From NCBI GenBank assembly GCA_002633005.1, contig NMRA01000002.1, forward strand, positions 3,058,228 to 3,122,227: a stretch of 64,000 nt of DNA, given 5' to 3'. The notes beneath the pieces are model-generated. The model saw only the letters and a list, made by a program, of their open reading frames with translations, made no database searches and was not told the DNA's origin. This document shows positions 37,098-51,329 of the stretch, one piece after another. A program made the position numbers and the translations under genes. This DNA is from Phoronis australis (taxonomy: Eukaryota > Animalia > Phoronida). Position 1 is the stretch's first letter. Each line of letters starts with the position of its first letter.

Positions 37098-39205
37098 GAT
37101 GTTCAGGCACATGCGAAACATTCATTCGAATGTAAAATTCTTGCCCATTGCCAAATACGCGCGCGCAGTAAGCAAATCGTTAATTTGACCAGACTAGTCC
37201 ACGACCGGTAAACTATTTCGCTTCAATGATGTTTCTGGCAATCATTTTACAATTACAACACCCTGAGTTTTGAACACTATCTTCTTTTAGCGCTGTTGTT
37301 CGGCCCCTTCCGCCGAGTGCACGTGCTTATTTGCGCGTCTTCTCAATTAATGGCGTACGAGGCTTTCAAAGGGGCCCGAGGTCTCAGTTTTTACATAAAC
37401 ATCTGACCCTCTCGCCACAATTTTACTTCAATGCACATGTATATATGTCATAGCAACATTCACGACAACAAACACGACTCACTGAATCCTCGTCAGAGTA
37501 CCGTTTCTGGCAGTCAGTGACCCGCTTTTGCGAGCCTGGAAAGTTACGAGTTTTGTGTCAGCCGTGTTTTGTAAGGCCTGCACCGTGTTTGCGGTCGAGT
37601 CGTGTTTGTGAGTCGGTGAACTGTGTTTACGAGGTGTGTTTACAAATGAATGAACTGTGTCTACTAATACCCTGTTCACACCAAATCGGCTATAACTTTT
37701 AAATTTAGAAGTTGCAACTGTAACGCGATTAGAACTCTCTGTGAGAGCATGCGCGCACCCAGCCTTTAATATGGGGATGGGGGGGGGGGGGGGTTGGNAA
37801 TGTCTGACGATGTGGACCTTTTGCCGAGAAAAAAGCGGCGTGACTAAAAAAACCGAGTACCACTTCAGAACTGTGAACTGTGCTCTTTTTAGTGGACTTT
37901 TTGTCTCCGAAATCTCGCTGGCAACAATGGCGTATAGAGGCACTAACTAGGGTGAATCGGCCGGAAAACGACAGCACTGACTATGCTAGCAACTAAAACT
38001 AAAACTAAAGATGCAATAACTATAGTGAAACAAAATAATATCTTTGCTAAAACCACTAACTAGGGTTGGAACAGTTTTAACTGTTGGTGAGATGCCATAG
38101 CAGTTACAACTAAAGAATGTTACAACTTGATTGCTTGGTACGGACACAGGTTACGAATGAAGCAGCCGTTGGAGGTAACCTGGCATGCGTTCAATAACAC
38201 GAGGACCTACGATAGGACCTAGCTAAAATTTAGCCAATGTCACGTGTTCTCATTTAAAATACACCGTAATATCTCACTTAATCTCGCGAAGTTTTGCTTT
38301 TTAGCTAGGTCCTTAGTGTTTATCTTTGATTGCTTAAGTACCCGACGAAGCCGACGACATTTTGGAACGAGTAATTAATTACGTATAACTGGCGTGTGGC
38401 ATTATCTTAGGGTCAGGACCGTGAAAAAAACAGTTGCCATTTAAAACGTGACTATGGTTGATAAAATCTAATTTAATATTGGCTGGACAATATTAACCTT
38501 TTGGGAAAATACTGTATATTTATTCCAGCTCACCGTTGTTGTTGCCGGGACTAAACACAGCCATAGAAAGTCAGCACTAAACTTAGATAGAAAATGTTCT
38601 TTGGGATAAGCCTCTATCTCTTCCTGTCTTTTACAAATATCTGTTATAACCAATAACAAAATCTGTTGAACTGTATCAAACAAACAGTTTGTTTGGTCAC
38701 ATAAAATATCCTTTATGAACTTTGTGGTTTTCCTTTTGCTGACGTAAAAATGACACACATGGTTTTCTACGAAACTTGTACATGGAATGTCCGCAAAAAC
38801 ACACTCTCAAATACAGGTCCATGGTTTACTTTTTGGGCCACAGATAAACATTTCTATGGTATGAAGGTAATTCCAAAATGAACGGTGACAGCAAGTGTCA
38901 AACAAAAACAAGGTTATATGATAAACAGAACACACTGTAGTTTAATAGTTCAATCAGCAAGCACTTGGCTTATCTACAAAATAAACGTAACTAACTGTAT
39001 CCTTGTTATCACAAACTCTCTATACGACACTGAGGTAATGGTCCTCATTGCATGTCAATGTCGCCGGCACATTTTCCCTCTATAGGCCCCTTGGTTGAGA
39101 ATAACCCCGGGGTAGTATTTGGGGTGGAAACTACTAGACCGGTTAAACTTGTTCGTTCCGTTTTCGAAATATACTCCCCGGGGCTTACTGTCGGAATTTC
39201 CTATC
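37098..39205 (+). repeat. Copy B of ~2.2-kb direct duplication (probably the alternative allele)
   Basis: Starts immediately after a single N at 37097; same sequence as 34411-36690. Confidence 0.92.
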
Positions 39206-40229
39206 GGGGTCCCAAGACTACCGGAATAACACTTGCATAGTCACAAAGGAATACGTAAAATAACGGATATCCGGCGGTGTGACAATGTGGAGTCAGAATA
39301 TTATGTTCGAATTCGAACTCTAGTACATTAGGATTTGCACAGATGAGCACCTAACCAAAGTTCACTCATGATAAACAAAGCGTTGAAGCTTAAGCAGCCT
39401 CCCCCCCCCCCAACTAGGCGGGCATAACGTACGTATGTCTATGTGAACTTGCCGTCGTCGGGACCTCTCGCGACATCATAGATCCGCTAGTATGACGTTT
39501 AATCAAGCTACTAGAACTCATGTTTCTGGCAAACTCGACAGTTCGAGTCAGATTAAAAAAATCATAATGTACTCAAGCACAAAAACACTTACATAGATTT
39601 CATAGACCAAACGTGTGCTCGTTACTGACAGGCTTTGTCCGTTTGATCATCCACGTGGGTTGAGTGCATAAGTATGCATTATCAATGATATTTTGGAACG
39701 GCACTTCATGTCGACACCTGCATAGAAATGCATTTACCAACACCATGTCCTATGTCATGAATAAAATGCTCATAGCTGAATAGAATACACGAATTTATCC
39801 ATACAACACTTCAAAAGTTGTTCGGCGCATTTTCACGAACAACAATTTTCTTGCGTCAATGTGTTCATCTTTAGTTTTTCTAGTATTTTGCTAGACCAGT
39901 GACCCTCAACTTCAATGTGATTTCCGAATTCAGGCATTATGTCCAACGACGCAGTACACTGGTAATAGTTGCCCACCCCAAACTAAATCAGTCAAAAAGT
40001 AAGCATGAGTGGCACGCTATTTCCGGGAAGGCGGTAGAGCGGGAACATATCCCCACCCGTAGAGGAACATATACCCACCCGTCTGTTTACCCGAGCCGGC
40101 TCGGCATTTCTGGAAATGTTCAACTCATCTTGCACGGTAGTCTAGCGTTCAATTTCGTTCTAAATGCTTATTCAAATACGAGCACAGCCCTAGAAATCGC
40201 GTTCGTATTATAACCAGGCTCTCATCCAC

Positions 40230-40380
40230 TCCCTTGATAACATTCACTAGTAAGACCCAGCTCAGGGGAGTAGGAGGAGACACCTTTGGGCAATGCTCGA
40301 TTGTCTGCCAGTAAAGTCAGAATTTGAATCTGAGTCTCCCAATCGGGAGTCCGTAGCTCAAACCACTGAGCCACACTGTC
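40230..40380 (-). mobile_element. tRNA-derived SINE-like relic
   Basis: Minus strand begins gacagtgTGGCTCAGTGGtttgagc (A box) with a degenerate B box GATTCAAAT; no complete cloverleaf. Confidence 0.5.
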
Positions 40381-43300
40381 TTCTCCTGTCTCCCAAATGC
40401 TTATTCAAAAGAGATTACCCCTCTAAGGCGCTTCTGCTTTTCGCCAAGTCTTCGATTATTTAACGCCGGGTTTGATCAGCACTACACATTGCCAGCGTCA
40501 ACCCTTTTCGTAGCACCCAGCAACAAAACTGATGAGTTCGTCACATCGATTTTAGTTACCATTGACCGCAAGCAATTTTTATCAATCGGCGATTTATAAC
40601 AGTCAAATACATTAAAGCTAATAACTTCAAGAAGCCAATCCTACTCATGCAAAAATGACTCCCGAAAATTAGTTTATTCTTCCGTACAACCGATTGTGTC
40701 CGTTGACAAAGGATCGCCTTATTCATTAGCTTCACATGACGAATGTAACGTCCTCATTGCGGTTGGTTGTTTCGCCATGTTTTCCACATTTTCGTATACC
40801 AATTTTTATGAGGAAGTAGACTACCGCAGTAACCCTAGACACCTTCCCATCTAAAGAGAACTTTTTGCATATTCCAGAAAATTACTGTGAACAGTCATTA
40901 TTTTGTTTTGCATTGATCGGTCGCAATTTCCGCAGTCCGTATATCAATCTCATTTCTGCACTTCTATATTGTTGAAAATACAAAGGGTGCGTACATAATG
41001 CCATGGGAAAACGATGAATTGTCTACGTCATTCGACGCTTTGCACCCCTTGTGGGCGAGACTGGAGCACGGCATTGCATCCTCTAACTGAATTAAGTTGA
41101 GATAGCCACGTTCCGACCGAGAACGAGTAGTCGGCTTCGTGGAAACCGTGTAGTACCATACGGACTCTATGTCTATGGATAATAGACAACCAAGCTCCTG
41201 ACTTTATTGACTTCCTTATTTGGGTGAGTTGAGTGAGTTGACTCGCCTCATAGGTGGCGATAGTGTATCATACAAAATGCCTTAGTTCGTAACGAATACA
41301 TAAAACGCCAGTTGCTCGTTATTTTGTTGTGACTCAGTACATAATGAATTATTCTATATATCATGTCAGCAGGCAAATGTACAGTTCTGCTGTTTTATGC
41401 ATGCAATATGACTTGAAACCTAGATTCGCTGATTGCAGGATAAAGTTTGCTACGAAGAAGGCAAGAAAACGTCTGAATAAACATTTCGGTAAAAGATGTA
41501 ATTTGTTAAATCAGATACCACAATTCCAACTACTTTTCATCCCTTGAGTCGCGCAATTACTAAACACGGACGTGAATTAGCGGGTAATTTATCGATAAAG
41601 TTTCTATTTCTGAAAATGTATCGAAACAAGTTCAATGACCTCTTGGCTTCATCATAACTCATTACACGCGCATACACCATATACACGCGCAATCAACTCT
41701 TGTCGTCTGTCAGCCGCTAGCATTAGTTATATTATGGTGATGGAATGACTGAGGCTGTGAAAACATACCGCATAACATTGGCCACATGTGGTTGGTGTGT
41801 ATGTAAACGTTAACTTGAAATTCCTAATACTACAAACTTTCATGAATTTGTTTATGGATGATTTGAATGATCGACTAGAATTTATGATACGCTATAAGAC
41901 GATTGCATATATGTGTGCAGAGCTAAAGGGCCATCGATTTTTTTACAAATATATGAAACAGACAAAAATCAGAAAATGGTGGAAAATACATGTTGAGCTT
42001 AGCAATATTAACAAAATCAAATTTCTTTAGGATATTTAGGGAACCCGGTTATATTTTGCCTGCTTTTACCTTCCTCTAACAACGACGAATCAAATCGTGT
42101 GCCATGATGTACTCTCAGATTTTGATCTGATGACGTCACTTTACATTTAGTAATGAGCCAAAATGCCAGCCAATGAGCCAAGTGAATGCTATAGTTGACA
42201 TGAGACATAAGACATAAGTAAAGCCAGGTTTTATAGGCAATCAACATTATCTCTCAAGAGCTATTTTCTGACAAACATGAGCTCGCGACTGCAGAAGAAA
42301 TAGGCCTATGTTAACGCGATCGTAATTTCGACGTGTGCAGGTTAATATTTGATGTGTAATTCCAGCGTGATATGTGTGACACTAAATTCTAGTAGTACCC
42401 TTTCAGTTTCCGGACCTTGAAACAGGATTGGTTTACTGACTATCCAAGAGGTAACTACCTTCTCTGGCGGGTCTGTAAATAGTTATTTGCAGACAGGTTA
42501 CGAGTCTGATAGAACATCGCAGCATGCCCGTCACGTTTTCCCGCCAAATCACTATCTCCCACGGGGAATACCTTTATGAGTTATAACCCAACAGATATTT
42601 ATCGTTCTTGCTTTTATTGGGGATAAAACTTATTCTATATTCTTCTGCCTTCTTCCAAAAATAATTTTTAATTTAGGCCATTCACTTTAAATGTCGACCT
42701 CACCTTATTCTTTACTGAGATTAGAAACTATTTCTGGGCTTGGGAGCAAGTGACAGGTCGTTATTAGAAACCTTGTTCACAAAATTGGCAAAATACCTAA
42801 TCTTCATTCTCGGGGAAATTCAAATACGACATATTTAGTATGTATCGAGAAAAAATACTTTGTTGAACCGCCATCAACCGCGTGGAAATTAGTCTACTAG
42901 CAAGAAGCCGGAAATGTAGTGTTCTTATTTAGACAAAACGTGTCGACTGAATTAACGTTGAGTGTGACTGTACGCGAACATCAGAAAAAGTGGGAAAATG
43001 ACACATCACTGGCGTTTTTGATATATAATTTATTTGAAAACCTAGGTGAACTGATTACTAACTGAAATCCTTAAGTTTTAGTTTGAAAACCTAGCAGCTT
43101 CTATAAAATTGTCCCTCTTTCATTTTGGAGATAAAATTTGATCGGGGATAACGCCAAAAATACCAGTTGAAGAAAATTACTTAACGTTTCTAGCATGAAT
43201 CTTTCAATCCTACTTTAGTCAAAATACGCAAAAACATTAATAGAAATTTCGTTGCAAACATCTCATTTAAAAATACGTTTTAACTTTGACTCTTAAGCGG

Positions 43301-46300
43301 TTATTGTGCTGAGAGTATAGGTGAAATTCAAGTGCTTGTGTACGGAGTAGGCAACATTCCACAAAAAAGACATACTACGTCTGAAAGAGGGTTCCTTGAT
43401 GTATCATTTGATGTAAAGATATTTGTGGATCGTAACCTGTGCACTCCGTAGCCACCCACTAAGCAAAACCACTGCCGCCTAATGTCCGCTGCACGTCAGA
43501 AGATGAGTTAACCGTAATTTTCATAGAAAACTAATGAAAATTATTGATTATCAGTCCGTAAACAAACTTGAAATAAGTAAATCGCTTGGGTGTTGGTCTT
43601 GCGCTAGTTTCAGACCAATTTTAGCATGAATTCAAGATTTGGAAGCGTTTCATACGAAAACACACAGTGTCACCCGGTGTTTGATTTCATTGCCTCGTCT
43701 TGTCTTGTAACAGCCTCTTAACCAAACCTAAAGATGGTGCTGATCGATTTAGCCATTTGAGGATTAGTTATAGGTGAAATAGCTTCTGTGCAATGATTGG
43801 CCGCTGCCTCGACGTCATTAAAACAAATGCAGACTTTAATTATTTTCACAGGCGTTTTGGTGCCATTCATGAAGCAGAAGGTCTGTTTTTGGTTATTGTT
43901 TGAAATAAAGGTTGTTGGCGTTCTTACTTTCTATTCTTTTTTAATAATAGTATCATAGAAATTAATCTGTTTTCGAATCAAAATACATCGTTTTTGCAAT
44001 AATTTAGACCTAAATTGCTGCAATAGACCGTAAATTTTCATTTTTTATATTATACTGCAGAAAATTTCAAAGTTGACATAACTTTGTATTACTCGTGATA
44101 TTCCGGCGATTTCTGTAAAAATGTCAAAATTCTGACACATTTGATTTCCCGTACTAAGCCTCGAATGCCTAAACCGATCAGCGCCATCTTGAGGCTTGGG
44201 GACGAGGCCGATCTTGTAAATCCCCAGTTATTTAGCTCAGCACCGTCCTCAGATGTAGTATCTCTCTCAGGAATGTGGCCTAGTTTCCGTTGATGAGACG
44301 ACTTTAAAAAACTGACACAAATCGAATCATACAATGTTCATGTACGACACCTGGCATTTTTTAACTTTAAAGTTTTGAAAATCGTTAAGTTTTGAAACTC
44401 AAACGGCTTCTGCGCCCCCTTTGGCATTATTTACCTCATGAATAACATCGTCAAATGCTTTCACAAGAATTTGGATTGAAGAAGATAAAACGATGTATCC
44501 ACGGAAATGAAAGTGGGGTTGAAATCCTAAAAGGCGTTTGTATCTAGACAAATCACTTGTTTTGTTTGTTTTTTTTTGGATGTTGCCCAGGATTTTTACG
44601 AAGCCTCTCGGAGTGGTAAATAAAAATACAACATAATAATATAAATACTTAGTGATTTGCGTTAACTTTGGAATGTGGTGAATTACGATGCATCAATGCC
44701 GACAGTGGTGCACTTCTATTTATTCAGATATTTATATTTTAAAGACTTTTATTAAAACTGGAACATGGCTAAGTTTCTGAGCAAGAGTGGCGATAAAGTT
44801 GTGACGAGTTGCTCGATTTCTTGTTTCTATAAAGAGACTCTTTGCGCAATTAATTTTTATTTTTTTAGTTTAACCAACACAAGAGATAATGATACGACAT
44901 CGATTTCAAAATTCGCGACCAGTCATGTTTCCAAATCTTGACTATTTTCCTGATAGATACAATCAGGCAGGCACTCTTAGGAACTATTTCTCGTTGTTGC
45001 CAAAGAACCACTCACTGTTGTGAAAAAATACATGTATACCCTCACCCAAATTCATTCATCACAGGTGCTCGATTTCTATTCACCACTTTGTAGTTGATTT
45101 CTTGATGTCCAGTCTCCTGCGAGGTTCATATTTTGTACCACAATGCACCGTTGACCTACTAACGTCAACTCCTCCTCTGACATAGTTTGACTCGAGGCAT
45201 TGAAAACAACTTAGAAAATTAAAAGGTTTTGGTGATAATTAAGTAAATTATGTATAGTGTGAATGTTGAAATAGGGAAGAAGGTAATGACAAGTTAATTC
45301 TGAAGTTTTCATTTAAAAGGGGTTTCAGTAAAATCGCCCAAGGCGTTATTTTGCTATGAATGTACCTTTCTTAAAAATACTTAAAAAGGTGTTAACGGGA
45401 TGATAATAGTGGCACATAAATATAATATCTGATCTTTTTTCTTTCAGAAAATAAATACTTTTACTAGTTGACATAGCGTGTTTTTTATGTATTAGTTAGA
45501 ATGAAGGTCACTGAATAAGGTTTGAGACTAACTTAAAAGTCCATTATCTGTTTTACGACTGTAAATGCATTTTTGGGATTAATGTTGAATGGGATAGACT
45601 TGTTGAAGTTATTATCTTTTACTAAAGCTATTAATCAACAAAAACGTTGTGGTTTCGTGATTTTATTTCAAATTACCGTTGTCTGCTAGACATTTGCTGA
45701 AATTAGGACCGATTAAAAACGCTTAAAACAGTCTATCGTTTATTAAGAGGGGTTTAGGTCCGCCAGCAGAGCATTTGATTGCGACCTCGCTGGATGCATG
45801 CTCGATTCCGCGCTGAGACTGATCTCAGTAAATCACTTTTCCAACCAATAACGTCACTTTAAGATTGTAAGCTACCTTCATTAGTGGAGATCGAAGTATT
45901 AATAGTAGACCCATGAAACTTACGTATTTTTTTAAATATTTGACGATCACATATTTATTTCTTGAGATCATGCTTGGCGCTTGAAGTGACACGCTGTGAC
46001 AAGCCAAGTTGTAGAGCCAGCTTTGAAACAATATCCAAGTGCCAGCTCTTCTGAACCCCTGAAATCGTATCCAATTTGTATAACGAAGAATCTGAGACCA
46101 ATTTCACAACAGTAGTCTAAATCAAAAGTTTTCTGATGGGCTATGAGATTTTTGCCGCTTTAACCAACCAACGAGGGCAATTTTCTGGAAGTGAAATGTA
46201 TCCTATTAAATAAGCCGTTACAAAATTGTTGCTCTCCAATATTGCGAACCGGCTAAGTGGGTGGGAATGTTCCGCCAAAGTAGTGCAAATGTATAAATCA

Positions 46301-47016
46301 CAGTGTTGGGTGACGACTGTTGTTCATTTAAGTGAATGTCCATACGGCTTGTATCAGAGGTTATTTAACGAAATCGTCTCTCTGCTCAGATGTTTTGCTT
46401 TTTACCAATATCGATTCTAGTACCATCTAGATCATCTTGTTCTTTGTCTAGACGACTGATTGGTCCTTTTTGTTTCAGACCAGGCGTGCGTTCAGTAGAC
46501 GCTAGGACCTAGCTAAAACCTAGTCAAAATCACGTGCTCTCATTTGAAATGCACGGCAATATCTCGCGTAATCTCGCGAAGTCTTGTTTTTTAGCGAGCT
46601 CCTAGCGTTACTGAACGGGAGGCAGGTTTGTTTCAGGGTGGGGGTTAGTTTCAGTCGTCAATGCAATAAGGCCATTACGAGGATTCCAGACGTTTTATTG
46701 CAACTGGTTTTAATTCAAACAAAGAATTAGAAAGCGACTACTTTGCTTTGCAAGAACGAGTGTGCTTGTGATGAAAGGTGTCCATATTTCGTCACCATAA
46801 TCGGTGAATTGATCATGCGATGTTGTCAAGTAGGAGAAATGACACGCGAAGTAAAATGTTGCAATTCTTGCTCGGATGGGGTGGGGTGATGGGACTTACA
46901 TTTACATGTATGTGTAGTTGTTTGTCCAGCTAGCCTCTAGGAATGTCTCATGGGAATACCTTTAGTATTCATTTGTAGTTGTCGAAAATTTCTCACACAT
47001 TTCTTCTCTTTTCCAG

Positions 47017-47615
47017 AAACGTTGTGCCCGCAATGTGTGATACCGGAGCTGTTATTCAAAATCATATTTTGGCTCGGCTATTGCAACAGTCTGATGAACC
47101 CCGTTATCTATGCATGCAACAGTCGGGACTTCAAGCGTGCTTTCCGGCAGATTCTGTCTTGCAACCTGAGCAGACGAAGACGAAATCGTAGTGAATTCTA
47201 TGGTGGTTCTTCATTCCGTCGTTCAGTATCCGCGCTTTCGACAAGATCGCAGAATGAGAATGAAAAGGTGATACAGCTAACTAACATTGCTCACAAAAGT
47301 TCGGATGCAAGTATTACTTCACCTTCGCCGATGCTCCGACAAACGTCATTTACGGACGATAACTGTAACAAAAATTTCCACTACAACGGCCATTCGTCCA
47401 AGCAAAGCCTGTGTTCATCGCGTGCCATCGAAAGCCCGAACACTCAGTGTTTCGTTAGAGACCAGAAATCGCCACCGACAAATGGGACAGTGACTTCTCA
47501 GTCAGAGCACACCAAAGTCCATGGGAGCGACTTGTCCAGTAGTTGGGACAATGTAGATATAGATCTGACCAAAAATGCAAATAGTGTCCCAAAAACGCAG
47601 TTGAGTGATAGATAA
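47017..47615 (+). CDS. ADRA1: Alpha-1 adrenergic receptor-like GPCR, coding exon 2 (ECL3, TM7, helix 8, C-tail)
   Basis: Polypyrimidine tract ttcttctcttttccag ends at 47016. The phase-1 join G+AA gives Glu and restores the frame: [43 protein letters not shown] (NPxxY, helix 8). Ends TAA followed by TAG. Joined CDS is 1710 nt, 569 aa. Confidence 0.9.
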
Positions 47616-49761
47616 TAGTGGAATCATAGACATCTTAATACTGTGATGTCTATGGGTGGAATATTGTATGTGCTGATCTTGAGGATGTTCAGTTGACCTA
47701 TTGACCTTACACGTGCATGGAATGACGATTGTGGTACTCAAGGCTTGTGTATGGTGCACACCTCCCATGATTTATCGTTTTACGCATGCGTAAGAGGACC
47801 CGTAAAAAGGTCCATGGCATTCTTTTTATGACACTTTTTATAATAATGGAGAATTTACATCATCTCATGAACTGAAACTAGGTTTATTTATTGTAAACAT
47901 TTATTGTCCAAAAAAGTTTTCGTTTGGCGTATCCCAAACTTCTTAAGGCATGCGCACTGATGCCCACACATGGGTTTCTCATCAGTGTTCTCATGGATAT
48001 TAAAACCATCATTTACATTGTTTTGACAAGTGATTACATCGTAACATCATTAAACCTTCCTTTATAACACTGCATATCACGACCGTGAATTCATTATCCC
48101 TAAAACGAGAAAATAGAAGAAAAGTGAGTTCAATTGAAAGTTTCTTAGCTCCAAGGCAAGTGTGACGTTTGAACGGACCCAGCGCCAATGTGTCATGTCT
48201 GCCAACAGGCGAGATTCTTGCACACACTTGTGCCGTATGCGCACTTCTCCGATGTCCCGAGGGAAAGTGAAAAGAGCCACAGCGTGGTCAAATACTAAGT
48301 TGTACATGTAACAACAACGACAAACGCAACCACTCGCCATTACTTATTGTACCATACACCTCGGAAAAACGAGAAGCAATACCTGGTTACTTTTCAAACT
48401 AAAACACAATGGAGGATGACTGGTGCAGTAATTTGATGTCCCGACTTTACGTATGTTTCGGTCAATAAATGCTCGTAACTCGAGATCAGCTAATTAAGAG
48501 ATCGCCAGATAGTATTTGCGGGTGTCCTAATTTGACAGCTCAGCTGATCGACTCTCTTTTTTGTGATGTTTTTGACATGAAATTGTTGATTTTAAGCACT
48601 TTAAAACGATCTTCCCTGGTTTCGGTCGTTTTAACCTTTTTCAGGATTTTGTTGATCCCCGAGGCAGAAGAAGGACCTGCAGCTGGAAACGTAAACGTAG
48701 TACGTTTCTTCGCAACCCCNCCCCCCCCCCCCCCGGCCGTGACGATAAGGAGCTGCAACTGTCAGTCAATGCCATGGGAGGCACTGTATTTTTCTCACTA
48801 GGTTTTGCTGGGCAGTGCACACGTCTCTTTCTTCCACTATGTCGAAAATTCTATGAACGAAATGAAATGTGACGAGTCGTTTCAGCTGACGCATGACCAC
48901 GGAAACCTCATTGTGTCTCGTGTTTTTGGCCCTTTCACGTCCATTGAGGCTCTGAAAAATAGGTGGCAAAAACTGACAAATTTAATTCCAAAACCACCAC
49001 TTCTCGCCACTGATAGACATAAGTCAACGCTATGTTCTTAGAGGAATTTTCCTAAATGTGATCCAAAAGTGCTACCATCCTGCTAGATTTTATGCATTAT
49101 AGGGTTGTTTGTGCCAACTTGAAGTCGCAGTCGATTTTTGTGTCACTACCTAGGACCAATGTCACTTCGCAAACTGCACCAATGCTACAAGGGGTCTCTA
49201 TCTTGACGAAAAGTGTATAGCCAAACTAGAGGGCTTTTCTCATTCCTAACATGTTTATAAAAACAAGCAAACCAGATTTACAGGTTTCTCCTGGCGGACA
49301 CGGAAAAAGAAGAAGGGGTCGTTTTGTGAACTGGCCTTTTTAGCAACAGATCTCTTGAGATTGCGAATTCTTGTGAAGAAAACCGTAAACAGAAAAGATA
49401 ATATTACATCCCATGTATGTTTTGAAACAACTGTGAAGTTGAACATTCCAAATTGCCTTGAAAACCTCCGCTCGCGATCGGCAACGCTCGGCTGGTTTCT
49501 GACTAAGCAAATATCCTAGGGCAGTTTTCAAACGCTAACTTTTATGATTTCCAAAAAGGCTTATTCAAAGCAACATTTTCGTGTTTCCGTATATCCGTGT
49601 AAAATTATGCATTTTCGAAGAAAAATCATTTGGGCGCGTTTTCTCATACAGCTCAACAAGTGAACACTAAGAAAAAATAATGTTGAGTTTTGGGGTGCCC
49701 AAACATTTCCATCGGGTAGACACTACTTGTTATAACTGGATGCCGCTGTGAGAACGCATAT

Positions 49762-50070
49762 GGACCCAATTCAAGCCGACAGAAGGCGCGTTCCAAAACG
49801 AGGTTCGCTACGATAGCTCTGTTAGCTTATCGGCATAGTTTGATTTCAGTCCGCGTTGCTCCGCGAACGGCTAGAAAAAATACGGAAACTCAACTGTCTG
49901 CTTTACAATCCCTAAACACGTTGAGATTCGGAAGCGTTGGGTCGTTGTCATACGCCGCGACGAAGCAAAATATGTCCGTGTAAAATTTATAAATGTTTTC
50001 GAAAAGATCATATTGTTGCCAAGCATCATAGTAACGACCGGAGAATGGGCCAGCCAGGCTGTTTTCATGA
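49762..50070 (+). mobile_element. Dispersed repeat copy 1 carrying a decayed THAP-like segment (DNA transposon end)
   Basis: Highly similar to 59905-60219. Encodes FTIPKHVEIRKRWVVVIRRDE (THAP FPK..R..W...IRR pattern). Begins AT|GGACCC. Confidence 0.6.
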
Positions 50071-51329
50071 CTACGGGTTGAAACATTATATTTTTTCTTT
50101 CCAAAAAGGACAGGGCCCTCAACCCCTCGAATTTGGGGCCCAATATCGGCCCTATTCCCCTCTCAAAAATATTGAAATATCACGCAAAATTCCCCCCACT
50201 AAGCATAAAAATTCCCCTAGTGAAAAATCTTTCTGAGTTCACATCACCTGTAACCACACAAGTGACAATTTTAAGAGCACAAAAGGCTAATTTAAATTGA
50301 TACAGAGCCTATGAGAGCTTGCAACAGGGTGGGGGTGCTATTGATGGTGATCGGGAGGTAGATTTTTCCCTTCACTCGGCGAAAAAATCGCCTCTCCGTA
50401 GGCACTGGCACCTTTCCCCTCGGATGAACGAGGCTCCTGGAGAAACATGATAAATATGATTGCTTTATCCAGTTTACTTAAATTGAGTTCTAAAACAAGG
50501 TTATGCTTTGGACGAACGAATTAAGTATTTAATTTTAAAATTCAACTTGGTCCAGATTGATATTTGAAACCTAACACATGAAATAGACGTAACAGTTATT
50601 ACAACCAAGAAAACAGAATTGATGGTCAAATAATTTTTATTTTCAATTACGAGCCTGGTTTTTTATTTTAATAAAAAATATATTTAATGACATCAATTAT
50701 TCTTTCAGATCAATGACAAATCAACTGTTAGTCCCAGTGAGTGCATAGGATCAGGCTATGCTTGATGTTAATATTCTTGATCAACAAATTAAACCAGATG
50801 TGACTAATATTGCACATGACACAGTCGAATATGTCTTCAACTCGTCAACAATACGAGCAGATGACCTGGTCCGCGTAGAAAGTATTTTGATCAACAATTT
50901 ACAAGAAAAAACGTAACCCTGCATTCAGCATAATACCTAATCTGTAACACTACGATCGCCGCAATTTAGTCATATTTACTTTTCATGTTTCAAACCTACT
51001 ACAGTGACGGATCTNCGCCGCCATGCGGATAATTAGCTTGTGGAAGTAGCCCATTATTTCCACTAGTTCGTGCTGCTAAGAACCATAATGGTAGATTAAT
51101 GAGCTGTCCAGAGGCACCGGCCAACGAAACGGGTAAAATATGTAAGCACAGTACAAAACTATTCGTGTCACCAGGTTGATATTTTGTCATATACATGTCT
51201 ACAGCGCAAGCCTAAATTATTCAGGCAAAATGACAAAGATTTCTCCGTCCACTGACGACTGGACGGAAACCGAATGCATCGTCAGAGACTTTTCTCATGA
51301 CCAAGAGTGAAGAATAAATGACAGAAAAG

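Larger units (their letters stand above)
4727..47016 (+). other. 42,290-bp GT-AG intron of the ADRA1-like gene
   Basis: Consensus donor and acceptor with matching phase; no other TM7-encoding segment seen in between. Length may be inflated by the gap and the probable allelic duplication. Confidence 0.82.

Noticed and set aside
40316-40380. Functional tRNA gene
   Set aside because: Degenerate B box and no closing acceptor stem; treated as a SINE head.
40528-40560. CTGATGAG as another hammerhead core (also a minus-strand CTGATGAGAAA near 47975-47985)
   Set aside because: The first lacks a downstream GAAA; the second has no stem II.
46950-47016. N-terminal part of the 221-aa ORF as an independent gene start
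   Set aside because: It is the intron's polypyrimidine tract; receptor similarity begins only after the AG at 47016.
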